Shown: positions 9,872 through 19,052, numbered from the stretch's first letter. The stretch is DNA of 64,000 nt from Candidatus Latescibacterota bacterium (GCA_965219455.1 OZ244744.1:3904001-3968000); one strand, 5' to 3'. Made by a program: numbers and translations. Notes: generated from the letters alone by a model not told the origin.

Positions 9872-10113
9872 GGTTTGTGGTCACTCCTGTTGCCACGCCC
9901 ATCAAAAAAGAACCCGTCTGAAAACCCCGCAAGCCTCGTACTCAAGGCTTTTCAGGTATTTCCGGACGGGTTCTCAGGCAAACGCTTCGTACCCAACCGT
10001 TCGCGGCGCTACCTGAGGTAGAACAGCCGTCGCGTCTGCGCACCGCCAGTCATGGCTACGCTGTAAACACATTCGACCGCGGGTAGCCGAAAGATAGGGG
10101 CGGGAAACAGCCG

Positions 10114-11196
10114 TTACCGGGATCCGCAGTCGAGTCCGAGGTCCGCGACGATCTTCGCCAGGTCGAAGGCGGCGACGTTGCCGTCGTTGTGCACGGCGTA
10201 GAAGGCACCCCGGCTGAAAGGGCCGAAGTTAAGGCCGGTAAGAGCGACCCCGTCGGTATTAGTGGTGACGGCTCCTGAGAAGGTGCCCCGGATGGCGAGA
10301 TTCTCCCTGTCGAAAACCAGGAAACGGTTTTTCACATGATCCTGGTCGGTGGCGAGCCAGTAGCCGCGGCCTTCTGCGCATTCTAGCAGTACCATGCCTT
10401 CCGGTTTGTGGTAGAAGACCCCGTTCCCCACGAGTTGGCCGGTGAACTGCCCCTCGAGGTCATAGACCTTGAGTACCCCTTCCGTCTCATCAGCAACCAG
10501 CATCCTGCCGTGAAGGGGGTCTATCGCGACCGACTCAACCTTCCTCAGGTAGCTGGCCTCCGTGGTGTCACCAAAGGCGCCGACGTACTCTCCGGTCAAC
10601 TGGATATCCGACACTTGCAGGCGGAATCGGCGCAGACGCTCTCCCATCTCCGAGGCTGGTGCCGAGGAAGAGTTCGGTTCGTAGTTGTCGGTGACCCAGA
10701 CGTCCCAGCCGCCTCTACCGGGGACCGCGGCGATTCCGTACGGCTGCCGCAGCACTTCGGCCCCGAGAAGGGCGACCGGCTCGAAGTCCGGCAGCGACAG
10801 GGCCTGCAGGCGATGGTTCTCGCGCTCGACAACGACGACGAAGTTGCCGATCACGACGATGCCGTTGGGTCGCCCGAACTGGCCCGCCTGGGTACCCGGA
10901 TTGCCGACCCGGCGGATCAGCTTTCCGTTGGCCGCGTCGTGAACGAGCAATTGGTGCGCCGACTTGGCGGTGGAAACAAGCCAGTGGCGGCCTCCGGGGC
11001 CGTGCCAAACCGCCGGAGAGTCAACGTTGTCCACTCTCCTGCGCTCGGTGAGAAAGGTCTCGGCGATGATGACCTCCGCATCGGGCGACGTCCGACGCAA
11101 TGACGACATACGGCCCTGACACTGGCAGAGAAGAAGGGCCATCCCCAGCCAGAGGGAGGCCAAGAAGATCCGCAGCACAGAATTACAACCGGTCAT
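10114..11196 (-). CDS. Beta-propeller phytase, exported (possible lipoprotein)
   Basis: ATG after AAGGAG; hydrophobic signal ending LLLCQC; DSPAVW, PEGMVL, TNTDGVAL, AVHNDG. Confidence 0.8.
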   Translation of the reverse strand: MTGCNSVLRIFLASLWLGMALLLCQCQGRMSSLRRTSPDAEVIIAETFLTERRRVDNVDSPAVWHGPGGRHWLVSTAKSAHQLLVHDAANGKLIRRVGNPGTQAGQFGRPNGIVVIGNFVVVVERENHRLQALSLPDFEPVALLGAEVLRQPYGIAAVPGRGGWDVWVTDNYEPNSSSAPASEMGERLRRFRLQVSDIQLTGEYVGAFGDTTEASYLRKVESVAIDPLHGRMLVADETEGVLKVYDLEGQFTGQLVGNGVFYHKPEGMVLLECAEGRGYWLATDQDHVKNRFLVFDRENLAIRGTFSGAVTTNTDGVALTGLNFGPFSRGAFYAVHNDGNVAAFDLAKIVADLGLDCGSR

Positions 11197-11499
11197 ATCT
11201 TTCTCCTTTGCAATGGGATTGGTGAGATCCGTTAGGCCACACGGAATTTTATATATTTGCAACCATGAGTCCCCTACGAAAAGTCAAAATCTACTCTAAA
11301 GAGGTCCAAGGTGGTGTTTCATTCAGAAGAAAACCGAAATTATACTTGATATATCACTCTTATATATAATGATTTATGGAAATATAGCTCTTATTGAAAA
11401 ATGGCCGTTCCTGATCCAAGTTGGAAGAAAATTACGCGAATCTCACTTTTCGAAGTGGACTCAGGAATCCAGGAACCACAGCCCGGAAGATACCTTTCA

Positions 11500-11898
11500 T
11501 GGTACGTACAGCCAGTGTGTTCAGTCAACTGTTAGATTTGTTCTCTCGCAATCGGTTTCAGAATGCGGTGAAAGCGCGCCAGGCGGAACGATACGTGAAA
11601 GGGTTCACGCGCTGGGAACAGTTTGTGGCGATGCTGTTCTGCCAGTTGGCGCAAGCGCACTCGTTACGTGAGATCTGCGATGGGCTTTCGTGTTGTGTGG
11701 GCAAGCTGATCCAGGTTCATACGCCGCCGCAACACCCCGTCCCTGTGCAACTCAAATTACGGCTCTGATTCTTGGACAGCATACTCAGGCTACGGCAACC
11801 TGGGTTGCATTATCCGAGTCAAAGCCGTACAAATTCGCCGATTCAAACCGTTTTTCGACCCGGATGTCTCAAGTTCCGACGGTTCTTGGACAGCAATG
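11500..11898 (+). pseudogene. Internally deleted IS4-family (DUF4372-type) transposase with its right end
   Basis: N-terminal DUF4372-like segment MVRTASVFSQLL...WEQFVAMLFCQLAQAHSLREICDGL joined directly to a C-terminal-like tail HTPPQHPVPVQLKLRL*; no DDE core; end motif TTCTTGGACAGCA twice. Confidence 0.75.
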
Positions 11899-12052
11899 AT
11901 ACTGAGACGTGATGCCGCCTCAGCGAAATCCGTCACAATTTTTCAGCTTTTCGGAACTGCGTCTCGGGTGGAACCATGCACTGCCTCCTTATCCCCTGTT
12001 CGTTGTCCCGCTGTGTCTTCGTGTCTCCGTGTGAGGCCGGTTTTTTTTGCCT

Positions 12053-12093
12053 TTCTCCCCCTTCCCTTCAGGAGAGGGGGAAGGGGGGAGAGG
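12053..12093. repeat. REP-like GC palindrome
   Basis: TTCTCCCCCTTCCCTT...GAGGGGGAAGGGGGGAGAG imperfect inverted repeat in an intergenic region. Confidence 0.45.
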
Positions 12094-12287
12094 TCCGCGT
12101 GCAGGAGGCGCCTGGTTCCGGCATTCGAGGCTGATGGCGAGCGTCGCGTTCTGTACCGCGAACAACCTGGCCCCAACCGTGCAGGTTGTCTCTGTCTGAA
12201 CCTCATTTGACAAAGCAATTCGTACCCGATATCTTGAACGAAGCGATCATTTCCGGATTTTCCGAACCATCTGACAAGGGATCCGCC

Positions 12288-13274
12288 ATGCTCCCCTGCG
12301 TGCTTCCTCTCAAGCCCTATCTCAGAGAGATGATCTGGGGCGGCCGCAGGTTGCAGGATCGGTACGACAAAGCCCTGCCGCGCGGCCGGAATTTCGGCGA
12401 ATCGTGGGAAGTTTCCGCTTATCCGGGGATGGAGAGCGTTGTTGCCGCCGGCCCACTCTCAGGCCGGTCACTTCGCGGTCTGGTCGGAACGTACGGCCGC
12501 GAGTTGCTTGGCGCATCCGTTTTCGACCGTTACGGCGGCGAATTTCCATTGCTGGTCAAACTGCTCGACGCGCACCAGGATCTTTCCATCCAGGTCCACC
12601 CGGACGATGCATACGCCCGGTTGAAACGACTAGGGAATTTCGGAAAAATGGAGGCCTGGTACGTGCTTCAGTCCGAAAACGGGCGGATCGCCTGCGGTCT
12701 GAAACCCGGCGTTGACAAGCCCGCATTTGTAGATGCCATCAACAACAACCGCGTCTCGGACGCCGTCGAATTCTTCGACGCACGGCCCGGCGACGTCGTC
12801 TTCATCCCTCCAGGCACCGTTCACGCCCTCTGTGCCGGAGTCATCGTGTACGAGGTCCAGCAATCCAGCGACATTACCTTCCGCATTTACGACTACAACC
12901 GGCCGGGGGCCGACGGAAAACCCAGGGAATTGCACATTGAAGACGCCCTGACAGTCATCGCTTTTGAAGGACCCCACCCGAAGCCCGTCGCCTCGTCCGG
13001 GCTGTTCGGCTCACGCCCTGGGCAGACCCTGCTGGTTGAATCCGAACACTTCCGCCTGGAGCGTTTCAGTCCCTCTGATAGCAGGACCGAACATCCGCCC
13101 TGCGCTTCCGTCGCAGCGGTCACGTTTATCGAAGGGGACGCCGATGTCCTCGGCGCCAACGAATCTTTCCGCGCCAGGAAAGGCGACACCTTTCTGATTC
13201 CAGCGGGGCGCGACTTCGCGGTCGTCCGTCGCGACGAGTCCGCCGCGGAATACCTGGTTGCGTCAATTCCATGA
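12288..13274 (+). CDS. manA: Mannose-6-phosphate isomerase, class I
   Basis: IWGG, GESWEVS, FPLLVKLLDA, LSIQVHPDD, GKMEAWY, PGTVHA, EVQQSSDITFRIYD, RELH. Confidence 0.9.
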   Translation: MLPCVLPLKPYLREMIWGGRRLQDRYDKALPRGRNFGESWEVSAYPGMESVVAAGPLSGRSLRGLVGTYGRELLGASVFDRYGGEFPLLVKLLDAHQDLSIQVHPDDAYARLKRLGNFGKMEAWYVLQSENGRIACGLKPGVDKPAFVDAINNNRVSDAVEFFDARPGDVVFIPPGTVHALCAGVIVYEVQQSSDITFRIYDYNRPGADGKPRELHIEDALTVIAFEGPHPKPVASSGLFGSRPGQTLLVESEHFRLERFSPSDSRTEHPPCASVAAVTFIEGDADVLGANESFRARKGDTFLIPAGRDFAVVRRDESAAEYLVASIP

Positions 13275-13297
13275 GCCGTCCGCGTTTACGACAAAAC

Positions 13298-13332
13298 AAA
13301 GCCCCGGGGAATCGATTCTCCGGGGCTTTTTG
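13298..13332. terminator. Bidirectional rho-independent terminator
   Basis: AAAGCCCCGG-loop-CCGGGGCTTTTT between convergent genes. Confidence 0.8.
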
Positions 13333-13358
13333 ATGAATGTCTTTGTGTGGCCGTCGTC

Positions 13359-13706
13359 CTACAACCGCTCTCTCCCGTATTGCTTCATCATGTCTTCCAA
13401 TCTAGGCATGATTCTTTCCATTTTAGGATGGTCACCAATACCTAAAATAACCACCCTCTTCTCTTTATCACCTTGAACAATAAATGCAATTCGAATACTA
13501 TCGTTTAATCGGTATTTTAAGACGCCGCCTTGTCGCGCGATATTTTTTCCTGTCAGGGGGATCTTTCCAAGACGTAAATCAGCTAAGAATTCGACATATC
13601 GAGTTCGCGTAGGTTTAGTGAATTTCTCTACCTCTTTTTTTACATTAGAGTCAAAGAAATATATCTTTTTTACGACTGGTAGAAATGCAGTTTCACTGCT
13701 ACCCAC
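13359..13706 (-). CDS. RelE/ParE-superfamily toxin-like protein
   Basis: Low GC; GGAGGAGG ribosome-binding site before GTG; LKYRLNDSIRIAF...VVILGIGDH pattern. Confidence 0.6.
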   Translation of the reverse strand: MGSSETAFLPVVKKIYFFDSNVKKEVEKFTKPTRTRYVEFLADLRLGKIPLTGKNIARQGGVLKYRLNDSIRIAFIVQGDKEKRVVILGIGDHPKMERIMPRLEDMMKQYGRERL

Positions 13707-13725
13707 CGTCACCTCCTCCCCTTAG

Positions 13726-13886
13726 CAGCCCGTTGAAAAAGTCCATCTGGGCTGCGTCCGGCCCTTGTGGCCGAATTACCGCGTTGCGCTCCCTCCCCGA
13801 ATCCCCCGATTCGACGCGGTCGCGCGCCTTGTCTTCGGCCACAATGACCTCGGCCTCGCCTGCAGAGCGACTTTATCAACGGACTG
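13726..13886. mobile_element. MITE family A, copy 2
   Basis: Same terminal repeats as 9395-9554; TTAG direct repeat (13722-13725, 13887-13890). Confidence 0.8.
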
Positions 13887-13893
13887 TTAGAAA

Positions 13894-14370
13894 CTACTCT
13901 ACCAGTATAAACTGTGTTTCATCAAGATTATCTGCCTTATGCAATATTGATAAACTCCAACTTACCTCACGTAAGAGTGCTTCAAAAGCTATAAGATTAT
14001 CATCCACTATTTTGAATTTTTCATGTAATTCAGGATAATTCCGTTTAGCGTCTTCACCTAGACCAATCCAATTGGGTTTTCGTACGGTTCGTCCAAATTG
14101 CTCCAAACCTCTAATCGTGCGTTCTACATCTCCATTTGGGCACATTTTAACATAATTTTCAGGCTCTTGCTCGAGCAACTCCAGGAATTCATACCATTCA
14201 GCTGTAGTTGCCAATACGACAGCATTAGTCTCCTCCAAGTTACGAAAAGCTTCTTCTTCTGCCGTTTGTTCTTCGTGTTGTTGTATCAGTGCCTTACTTT
14301 GTTCAGCTGAATGAAAAATATAAGTTCCCATCTTTCGCGCAACCGGCACTCCCATAACGGCAATACCCAT
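13894..14370 (-). CDS. Hypothetical acidic helical protein (candidate antitoxin)
   Basis: 158-aa low-GC ORF after AAGGATGAG, directly upstream of the RelE-like gene. Confidence 0.6.
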   Translation of the reverse strand: MGIAVMGVPVARKMGTYIFHSAEQSKALIQQHEEQTAEEEAFRNLEETNAVVLATTAEWYEFLELLEQEPENYVKMCPNGDVERTIRGLEQFGRTVRKPNWIGLGEDAKRNYPELHEKFKIVDDNLIAFEALLREVSWSLSILHKADNLDETQFILVE

Positions 14371-14388
14371 AAACTCATCCTTTGCGAA

Positions 14389-14694
14389 TTATGGAGAAGC
14401 TTCAAGTAGCGTAGACTCGGCCTTGTTCATTGTTCTTTCTTTTACGACAAGAGCAATATATACCCAATCTTCTTCTTCTTTTCCATTCTTGGGCAGAAAG
14501 TAACGTGAAACTACCTCATATATCGTTCGGTTCTTAAAGTCTTTTCGATCAAGACTAGGCAAAACCCAAGGACTAATGATATAATCACCAGTTTTGGGGA
14601 TATCACCAAGCGCGGTTAAAGTGTACTCTTCAACTAAGTCGATTAACTCCTCATCATCGTACATATGCAAACGAAATACAATTTTCTTTTCCAA
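14389..14694 (-). CDS. Hypothetical protein, low-GC cassette
   Basis: TTG start after GGAG (MEKKIVFRLHMYDD...); ends 18 bp before the next gene. Confidence 0.55.
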   Translation of the reverse strand: MEKKIVFRLHMYDDEELIDLVEEYTLTALGDIPKTGDYIISPWVLPSLDRKDFKNRTIYEVVSRYFLPKNGKEEEDWVYIALVVKERTMNKAESTLLEASP

Positions 14695-14943
14695 GAGGTC
14701 TCCCACACCCGACTCTCCTGCTGAAAGATAAAGCAACCAATCGCAGAGCATACGACAATCGAAGTATAACCGTATAAGACCTCTGACACAATCCGTTTTC
14801 CGTCAGAGTAATAATAAGGACAGAATGCTCAGCAAGGAGTTTCACCGGATTCCAAGCGCTGTCCGCGTTGCCCGACGCAATCACCTCAAGCTCGATCACG
14901 ACTTCCAAGACGTAGTTGCCGCTGATTAAATGCAACTGCTATG

Positions 14944-15381
14944 TCAACCGTAGAAAATACTCGCCCCCGTCAGCTGTACCAGACGATCCAGTTCTTCAGG
15001 CGCATACACGGGGATCATCGCCTGTTTGAAATCGCCCGCGTTTCGGGTGACGATCCCGTCGGCGTTGGCGCTCATGGCCGCCTGATGCAATACCGCGTCC
15101 TCGAAGTCCCTGAATTTCGACTCCAGAACGCCTTCCAGCACACTACCGTCCACGGCCGCGACCTCCAGAAGATCCATCAATTTTCCAATCTCGCGACGCG
15201 CCCGCCGGTCGCCCACCGTCCTGCGCGCGAGATAGTGGACCGTCGTCACGGTCGTCGCACATATTGATCCCGACAAACCGCCGGTTTCGACCCTTGAAAA
15301 AAGCCGCGCGGCGGTATCTGAGAACGGCTTGCGATCCAGCAGAAGATCCAGTACCACGTTGGTATCGAAGAGGATCTTCAC
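14944..15381 (-). CDS. PIN-domain toxin (VapC-like)
   Basis: MKILFDTNVVLD, DFEDAV, IVTRNAGDF. Confidence 0.9.
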   Translation of the reverse strand: MKILFDTNVVLDLLLDRKPFSDTAARLFSRVETGGLSGSICATTVTTVHYLARRTVGDRRARREIGKLMDLLEVAAVDGSVLEGVLESKFRDFEDAVLHQAAMSANADGIVTRNAGDFKQAMIPVYAPEELDRLVQLTGASIFYG

Positions 15382-15608
15382 AAGTACTTGTCCTCGAGAT
15401 ACCTCCGGTAATCGTCCACGTCGGCGCCTCGAAGGGAGCCTTTCATGGATCGGACCGCGGGACTGATATCAAGTCCATCCCGTCCACGTCCCAGGAGTGC
15501 GAAATAGTCGGCTACGATCCTGGAGACGGATTTCCCGTTGGACCTCGCGAAATCTTTGGCGAGGCGGATGAGTTCCTCGTCCATCCGAAGGGTGAGCTTG
15601 GTCTGCAT
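15378..15608 (-). CDS. DUF6364 ribbon-helix-helix antitoxin
   Basis: MQTKLTLRMDEELIRLAKDFA...GKSVSRIVADYF; 4-bp overlap with the PIN gene. Confidence 0.85.
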   Translation of the reverse strand: MQTKLTLRMDEELIRLAKDFARSNGKSVSRIVADYFALLGRGRDGLDISPAVRSMKGSLRGADVDDYRRYLEDKYL

Positions 15609-15630
15609 GAAGACCTCTCGATAGGTATGA

Positions 15631-15676
15631 CGTATAAATTTTCAAAAAATATACGGCATTCCAACGGCGTTGTCAA
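15631..15676 (-). promoter_or_regulatory. sigma70 promoter and palindromic operator of the toxin-antitoxin operon
   Basis: Minus strand TTGACA-17 bp-TATATT (15676-15648); inverted repeat CGTATA...TATACG overlapping the -10. Confidence 0.7.
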
Positions 15677-15690
15677 GATTGGGGTATTTG

Positions 15691-15719
15691 AAAAAAAAAG
15701 GCGCCGGCAAAGCAGCGCC
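15691..15719 (-). terminator. Rho-independent terminator after the cupin gene
   Basis: Minus strand GGCGC-loop-GCGCC followed by T9. Confidence 0.7.
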
Positions 15720-15770
15720 CGTCTGAACACGCGATGAGACCGTGCGAACCGAAGTCCGCATGCCATTTCT

Positions 15771-16229
15771 TTACTCTTCTCCATCGTAGTATTCCGCGTC
15801 TGTGATGCGGCCCAGTTTGCCCGGCGGACGGATCGCCCATTTGTCCGAATCGGGATAATAGCACGGATCGCACACGGGATTGTCGGCAATCACATAGTAG
15901 ATCAGGTCCTCATCCGCGTTGGGATTGCGGATATGGTGCGCCGTGCCGGGCGGTTGAACGAACACGTCGCCTGCGTCCACCTCGAACGTGCGGTCGTTCC
16001 GCCGCACGATGCCCCGTCCGCTGACCACGATGTAGAACTCCCACTGGACCTGGTGGGCATGGTATGGGAAGTTGGTCATGCCCGGCTGCAACCGCACCCA
16101 ATCGACCTCGAACGGCTGCCCCTCAGTCTTCAATGCGCCGGAGACGTCCTTCCGCGAAACCTGGAATTTCCGTTTGGGTGAATGGCGGGATATCTCTTCG
16201 ATGTCCGATGTATTGACTTTTTCGATCAT
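15771..16229 (-). CDS. Cupin domain protein
   Basis: PYHAHQVQWEFYIVVSGRG, GDVFVQPPGTAHHI, CYYPDSDK. Confidence 0.85.
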   Translation of the reverse strand: MIEKVNTSDIEEISRHSPKRKFQVSRKDVSGALKTEGQPFEVDWVRLQPGMTNFPYHAHQVQWEFYIVVSGRGIVRRNDRTFEVDAGDVFVQPPGTAHHIRNPNADEDLIYYVIADNPVCDPCYYPDSDKWAIRPPGKLGRITDAEYYDGEE

Positions 16230-16280
16230 GTTGCTGTCTCTCCGAATCGTCGTTCGTCGGCGAGCGATAATCTGGATTCT

Positions 16281-16946
16281 TCAAATTCCCTGCATCCAAC
16301 CGTTCGCAACACGTGCCAATTCCTCGAGCACGGGTTCGTCGGTATTCCTTCGTTTCAGCACCTTGAATCCGTGATCCGCCGTATCCACCACGTGCAGCGT
16401 GGCGCGGTCCAGCCCCCCTACAACCGGCTCCAGCAGTGTCATATCCGCCATCTTGTCGCGTTGGCCCGACAGAAACAGCATGGGTACCGTTACATCCTCC
16501 AGATGCGCCGCGCGCTCCGTATTCGGCTTGCCCGCGTGAAGGGGGAAGGCGAAAAACACGATGCCCTTCAATCCCTCTATCGGTTCCCGGGCACAGGCCA
16601 TGGAGAACATGCGCCCGCTCATGGAATGTCCCCCCGCGAACACCGGCAGACCCTTCGCGTCCTTAATCGCCGCTGCAATCGCGGCGCGCACGGTTGCCAG
16701 GCGCACCTTCTCGCCGTCCATGCCGCCGCCCTTCTCGGAATAGGGATAGTTGAAACGAAACGTGGCCACGCCCGCGTCGTTCAACGCATCGCTCAAATTC
16801 TGGATAAACGGGTGACGCATATTGGTGCCCGCTCCATGGCCCAACACCAGTAGCGCCACTGCCCCGCCCGGCCGAGCGTAAAGCGCCGACACCTCGCCCT
16901 TCTCCTCTGTCACCAGAAATTTCAACGCGACGGGTTCAACGTCCAT
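16281..16946 (-). CDS. Alpha/beta hydrolase (KANL3/Tex30-like)
   Basis: GHGAG, RFNYPY, GGHSMSGR, FPLH, GQRD, ADHGF. Confidence 0.85.
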   Translation of the reverse strand: MDVEPVALKFLVTEEKGEVSALYARPGGAVALLVLGHGAGTNMRHPFIQNLSDALNDAGVATFRFNYPYSEKGGGMDGEKVRLATVRAAIAAAIKDAKGLPVFAGGHSMSGRMFSMACAREPIEGLKGIVFFAFPLHAGKPNTERAAHLEDVTVPMLFLSGQRDKMADMTLLEPVVGGLDRATLHVVDTADHGFKVLKRRNTDEPVLEELARVANGWMQGI

Positions 16947-17103
16947 TTTGTTCCCTTCCTGATACACCGCGATTGCGGACTCTGAAACCGCATTGTAAAC
17001 CGTCATTTTCCGCGATCTGCGTACAGACCGTACAGCAAACGGTTAGTTTGCAATACGGCGCTCCCACCCATCCAGATGGATCATGATCGCCAATGCGTCC
17101 GGC

Positions 17104-17283
17104 TCAATTCGCAGATGTCTTGCGTCTCATTCTCACCGCGTCCTGGAACTTCTGCAACAATTCCGTACGTTCCATCCAGAAAGCCGACTGTTCTTTGATC
17201 GTCATGCCTGCGGTCAGACTATGGATTCGTTCAGCGCCGCGGCGTTTCATTTCAACACAATCAAACGTCTTCTTCGTCTTCAT
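17104..17283 (-). CDS. Small 59-aa protein of the type found downstream of PIN toxins (putative orphan antitoxin)
   Basis: Read by hand (below the track cut-off): MKTKKTFDCVEMKRRGAERIHSLTAGMTIKEQSAFWMERTELLQKFQDAVRMRRKTSAN. Confidence 0.65.
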   Translation of the reverse strand: MKTKKTFDCVEMKRRGAERIHSLTAGMTIKEQSAFWMERTELLQKFQDAVRMRRKTSAN

Positions 17284-17329
17284 AGTAGATTGTCTCCAGA
17301 GGGGAATGGATCGCTATATTCGAGTGTCC
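17261..17329 (-). pseudogene. C-terminal remnant of a PIN-domain gene
   Basis: GHSNIAIHSPLETIYYEDEEDV* overlaps the start of the 59-aa gene; no upstream PIN body. Confidence 0.5.
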
Positions 17330-17338
17330 GGAAAGTGA

Positions 17339-17803
17339 TTAGCGCTCCCACGTAATCCGCGATTCGTCCGGCGTGCCGCACAGCGGGCCGCCACGGTCGT
17401 CGGTTAATTTCAGTCTTAGGACGATCGGTTCATTCAGTTCAAGCGTCTGTTCGACCTGTGGCCATTCCAGGTGTGTAAGGCGGATCTTCAGTCGCCGGAA
17501 CATGTCGAATCGATCGGACTGCTTCACCCCCCAGGACAGATAGAAGAACCGGTCCCTGGGTCTGCCCTGTGCGTACGGGCCCAAGAAATTGGGGGAACCG
17601 TCCCGTTGCTTCCCGATCCGGAATTCAGGATGAAACTCCACTCGATGCCGGTCAGCGGGGATCTGTTCGATTACCTCGGTCCCGCGCTGGATGCCCAGAT
17701 AGACGGGCTCCTTGACCCTGGGTTCATGTTTGTGAGGGTCTTCAAAACGAAGTCCGGGCAATTGCGAACACATGACTTTCAACTTCAATTGTCTATCGGA
17801 CAT
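17339..17803 (-). CDS. DUF5990 family protein
   Basis: LGIQRG, FLGPYAQGRPRDRFFYLSW, MFRRLKIRL, LTDDRGGPLC. Confidence 0.75.
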   Translation of the reverse strand: MSDRQLKLKVMCSQLPGLRFEDPHKHEPRVKEPVYLGIQRGTEVIEQIPADRHRVEFHPEFRIGKQRDGSPNFLGPYAQGRPRDRFFYLSWGVKQSDRFDMFRRLKIRLTHLEWPQVEQTLELNEPIVLRLKLTDDRGGPLCGTPDESRITWER

Positions 17804-18106
17804 CGTTCTCCCTTCAACCCTATGACGCCGAGGCAGTCCGCTGGTATCGGCGTTTTACAATAAGCGACTCACGCGGGATTTCCAATCCATTATTCGACCG
17901 CAGCGACTGTCGATGGCTCGCCACAAGCGTGCTCCGGATTCACACGCCGGCAGGAAAAGAAAAAACCCCACGGACCATGAACGGCACGGTCGACGGGCGA
18001 GAAGCAGATTAAGAACAAATATAAATAATTGATATTAAAATAAATATACGCATGATTGCGAAATTACACCCGCCACGAAAAAAAATAAAGCGAACGCCGT
18101 CTCTGC

Positions 18107-18122
18107 TGGCACACATCTTGAT
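18107..18122 (+). promoter_or_regulatory. Candidate sigma54 (-24/-12) promoter
   Basis: TGGCACACATCTTGAT (GG-N10-GA, one mismatch at -12) with an AT-rich tract upstream. Confidence 0.4.
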
Positions 18123-18164
18123 ATCTATTCCTATTGCCTGAAATTCATCGTGCGGAGGGACCAG

Positions 18165-18833
18165 ATGCGGCTTGCAATCGGTTTCGCGTTCATTGTGCTG
18201 CTGGCGCCGGGGATGTCAAATGCACAGGAGTTGGGTGCGAGTGTCTTTGGCGGTTACTCCGTACCTGGTGACAGCCGAATTCTTCTGCGGCAAACTGACT
18301 ACCACTACGAGTGGGACATTCTTTCACTCTACGACAGGGGATATTCGATCAGCACCGATTTTCACGGTGCGCAGGGGGGCCTGGTTATCGGAGGGGATTT
18401 TTTCGCCAGATTCGAAGAGGGTGACATCGGTATCGGCTTATTGAGCTTTTCCAGCGGCCGTATATCCGGCGCGTTACTCTCTCCTGAAGCGCGAATGGAA
18501 AACGTCAAATCAGCCGAATTCGAAAGGGTCTTCCGATCGGCTTTCGTATTCATCCGATGCCGTCCTGTTACCGATTCGCCCGTATGGCCCTATCTTGGGG
18601 TCGGTATGGGGATCTATGGTCTCCAAGAGAGCTCTCGGGAGGCGTATTTGAGACAGCAAAAAGGACTCTTGGTGCAGGGCGCAGTCGGTATCGAAGCGGA
18701 CCTGGGGCGATGCCAAACGGGAGTTTTCGCGGAGTTGCGCTTAAATGTCGGCCACTTCGACGACGACCCTGACCCGGTTCCAATGGCCTTCGCAACGTTG
18801 ACCGTCGCCATTGGCCTGAGGTTCGCCTATTAG
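18165..18833 (+). CDS. Outer-membrane beta-barrel protein (OmpA/OmpW-like)
   Basis: Signal peptide MRLAIGFAFIVLLAPGMSNA-Q; WPYLGVGMGIY; C-terminal AIGLRFAY. Confidence 0.7.
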   Translation: MRLAIGFAFIVLLAPGMSNAQELGASVFGGYSVPGDSRILLRQTDYHYEWDILSLYDRGYSISTDFHGAQGGLVIGGDFFARFEEGDIGIGLLSFSSGRISGALLSPEARMENVKSAEFERVFRSAFVFIRCRPVTDSPVWPYLGVGMGIYGLQESSREAYLRQQKGLLVQGAVGIEADLGRCQTGVFAELRLNVGHFDDDPDPVPMAFATLTVAIGLRFAY

Positions 18834-19052
18834 CCTGTATTTGACGTCTATATTCGCTCCGGTCCTCCGGATGCCGAATTGAAAAAATCAACGGATCGAT
18901 CAGAAAAATTACTTGAAAGGTGAAGCCTCGTTGGATATCATTAATTCATTGAAGGATTCCTGAGTCAGGTGGAACAATAGACTGGAAAAAGCAATCCAGG
19001 CGGGGTAGATCAGACGAAAGCAAGATGCCCGAACGTATTACCGGGTACGAAG

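Noticed and set aside
14654-14935. 93-aa minus-strand ORF upstream of the low-GC cassette
   Set aside because: No ribosome-binding site or motif, and it overlaps the better-supported gene in another frame
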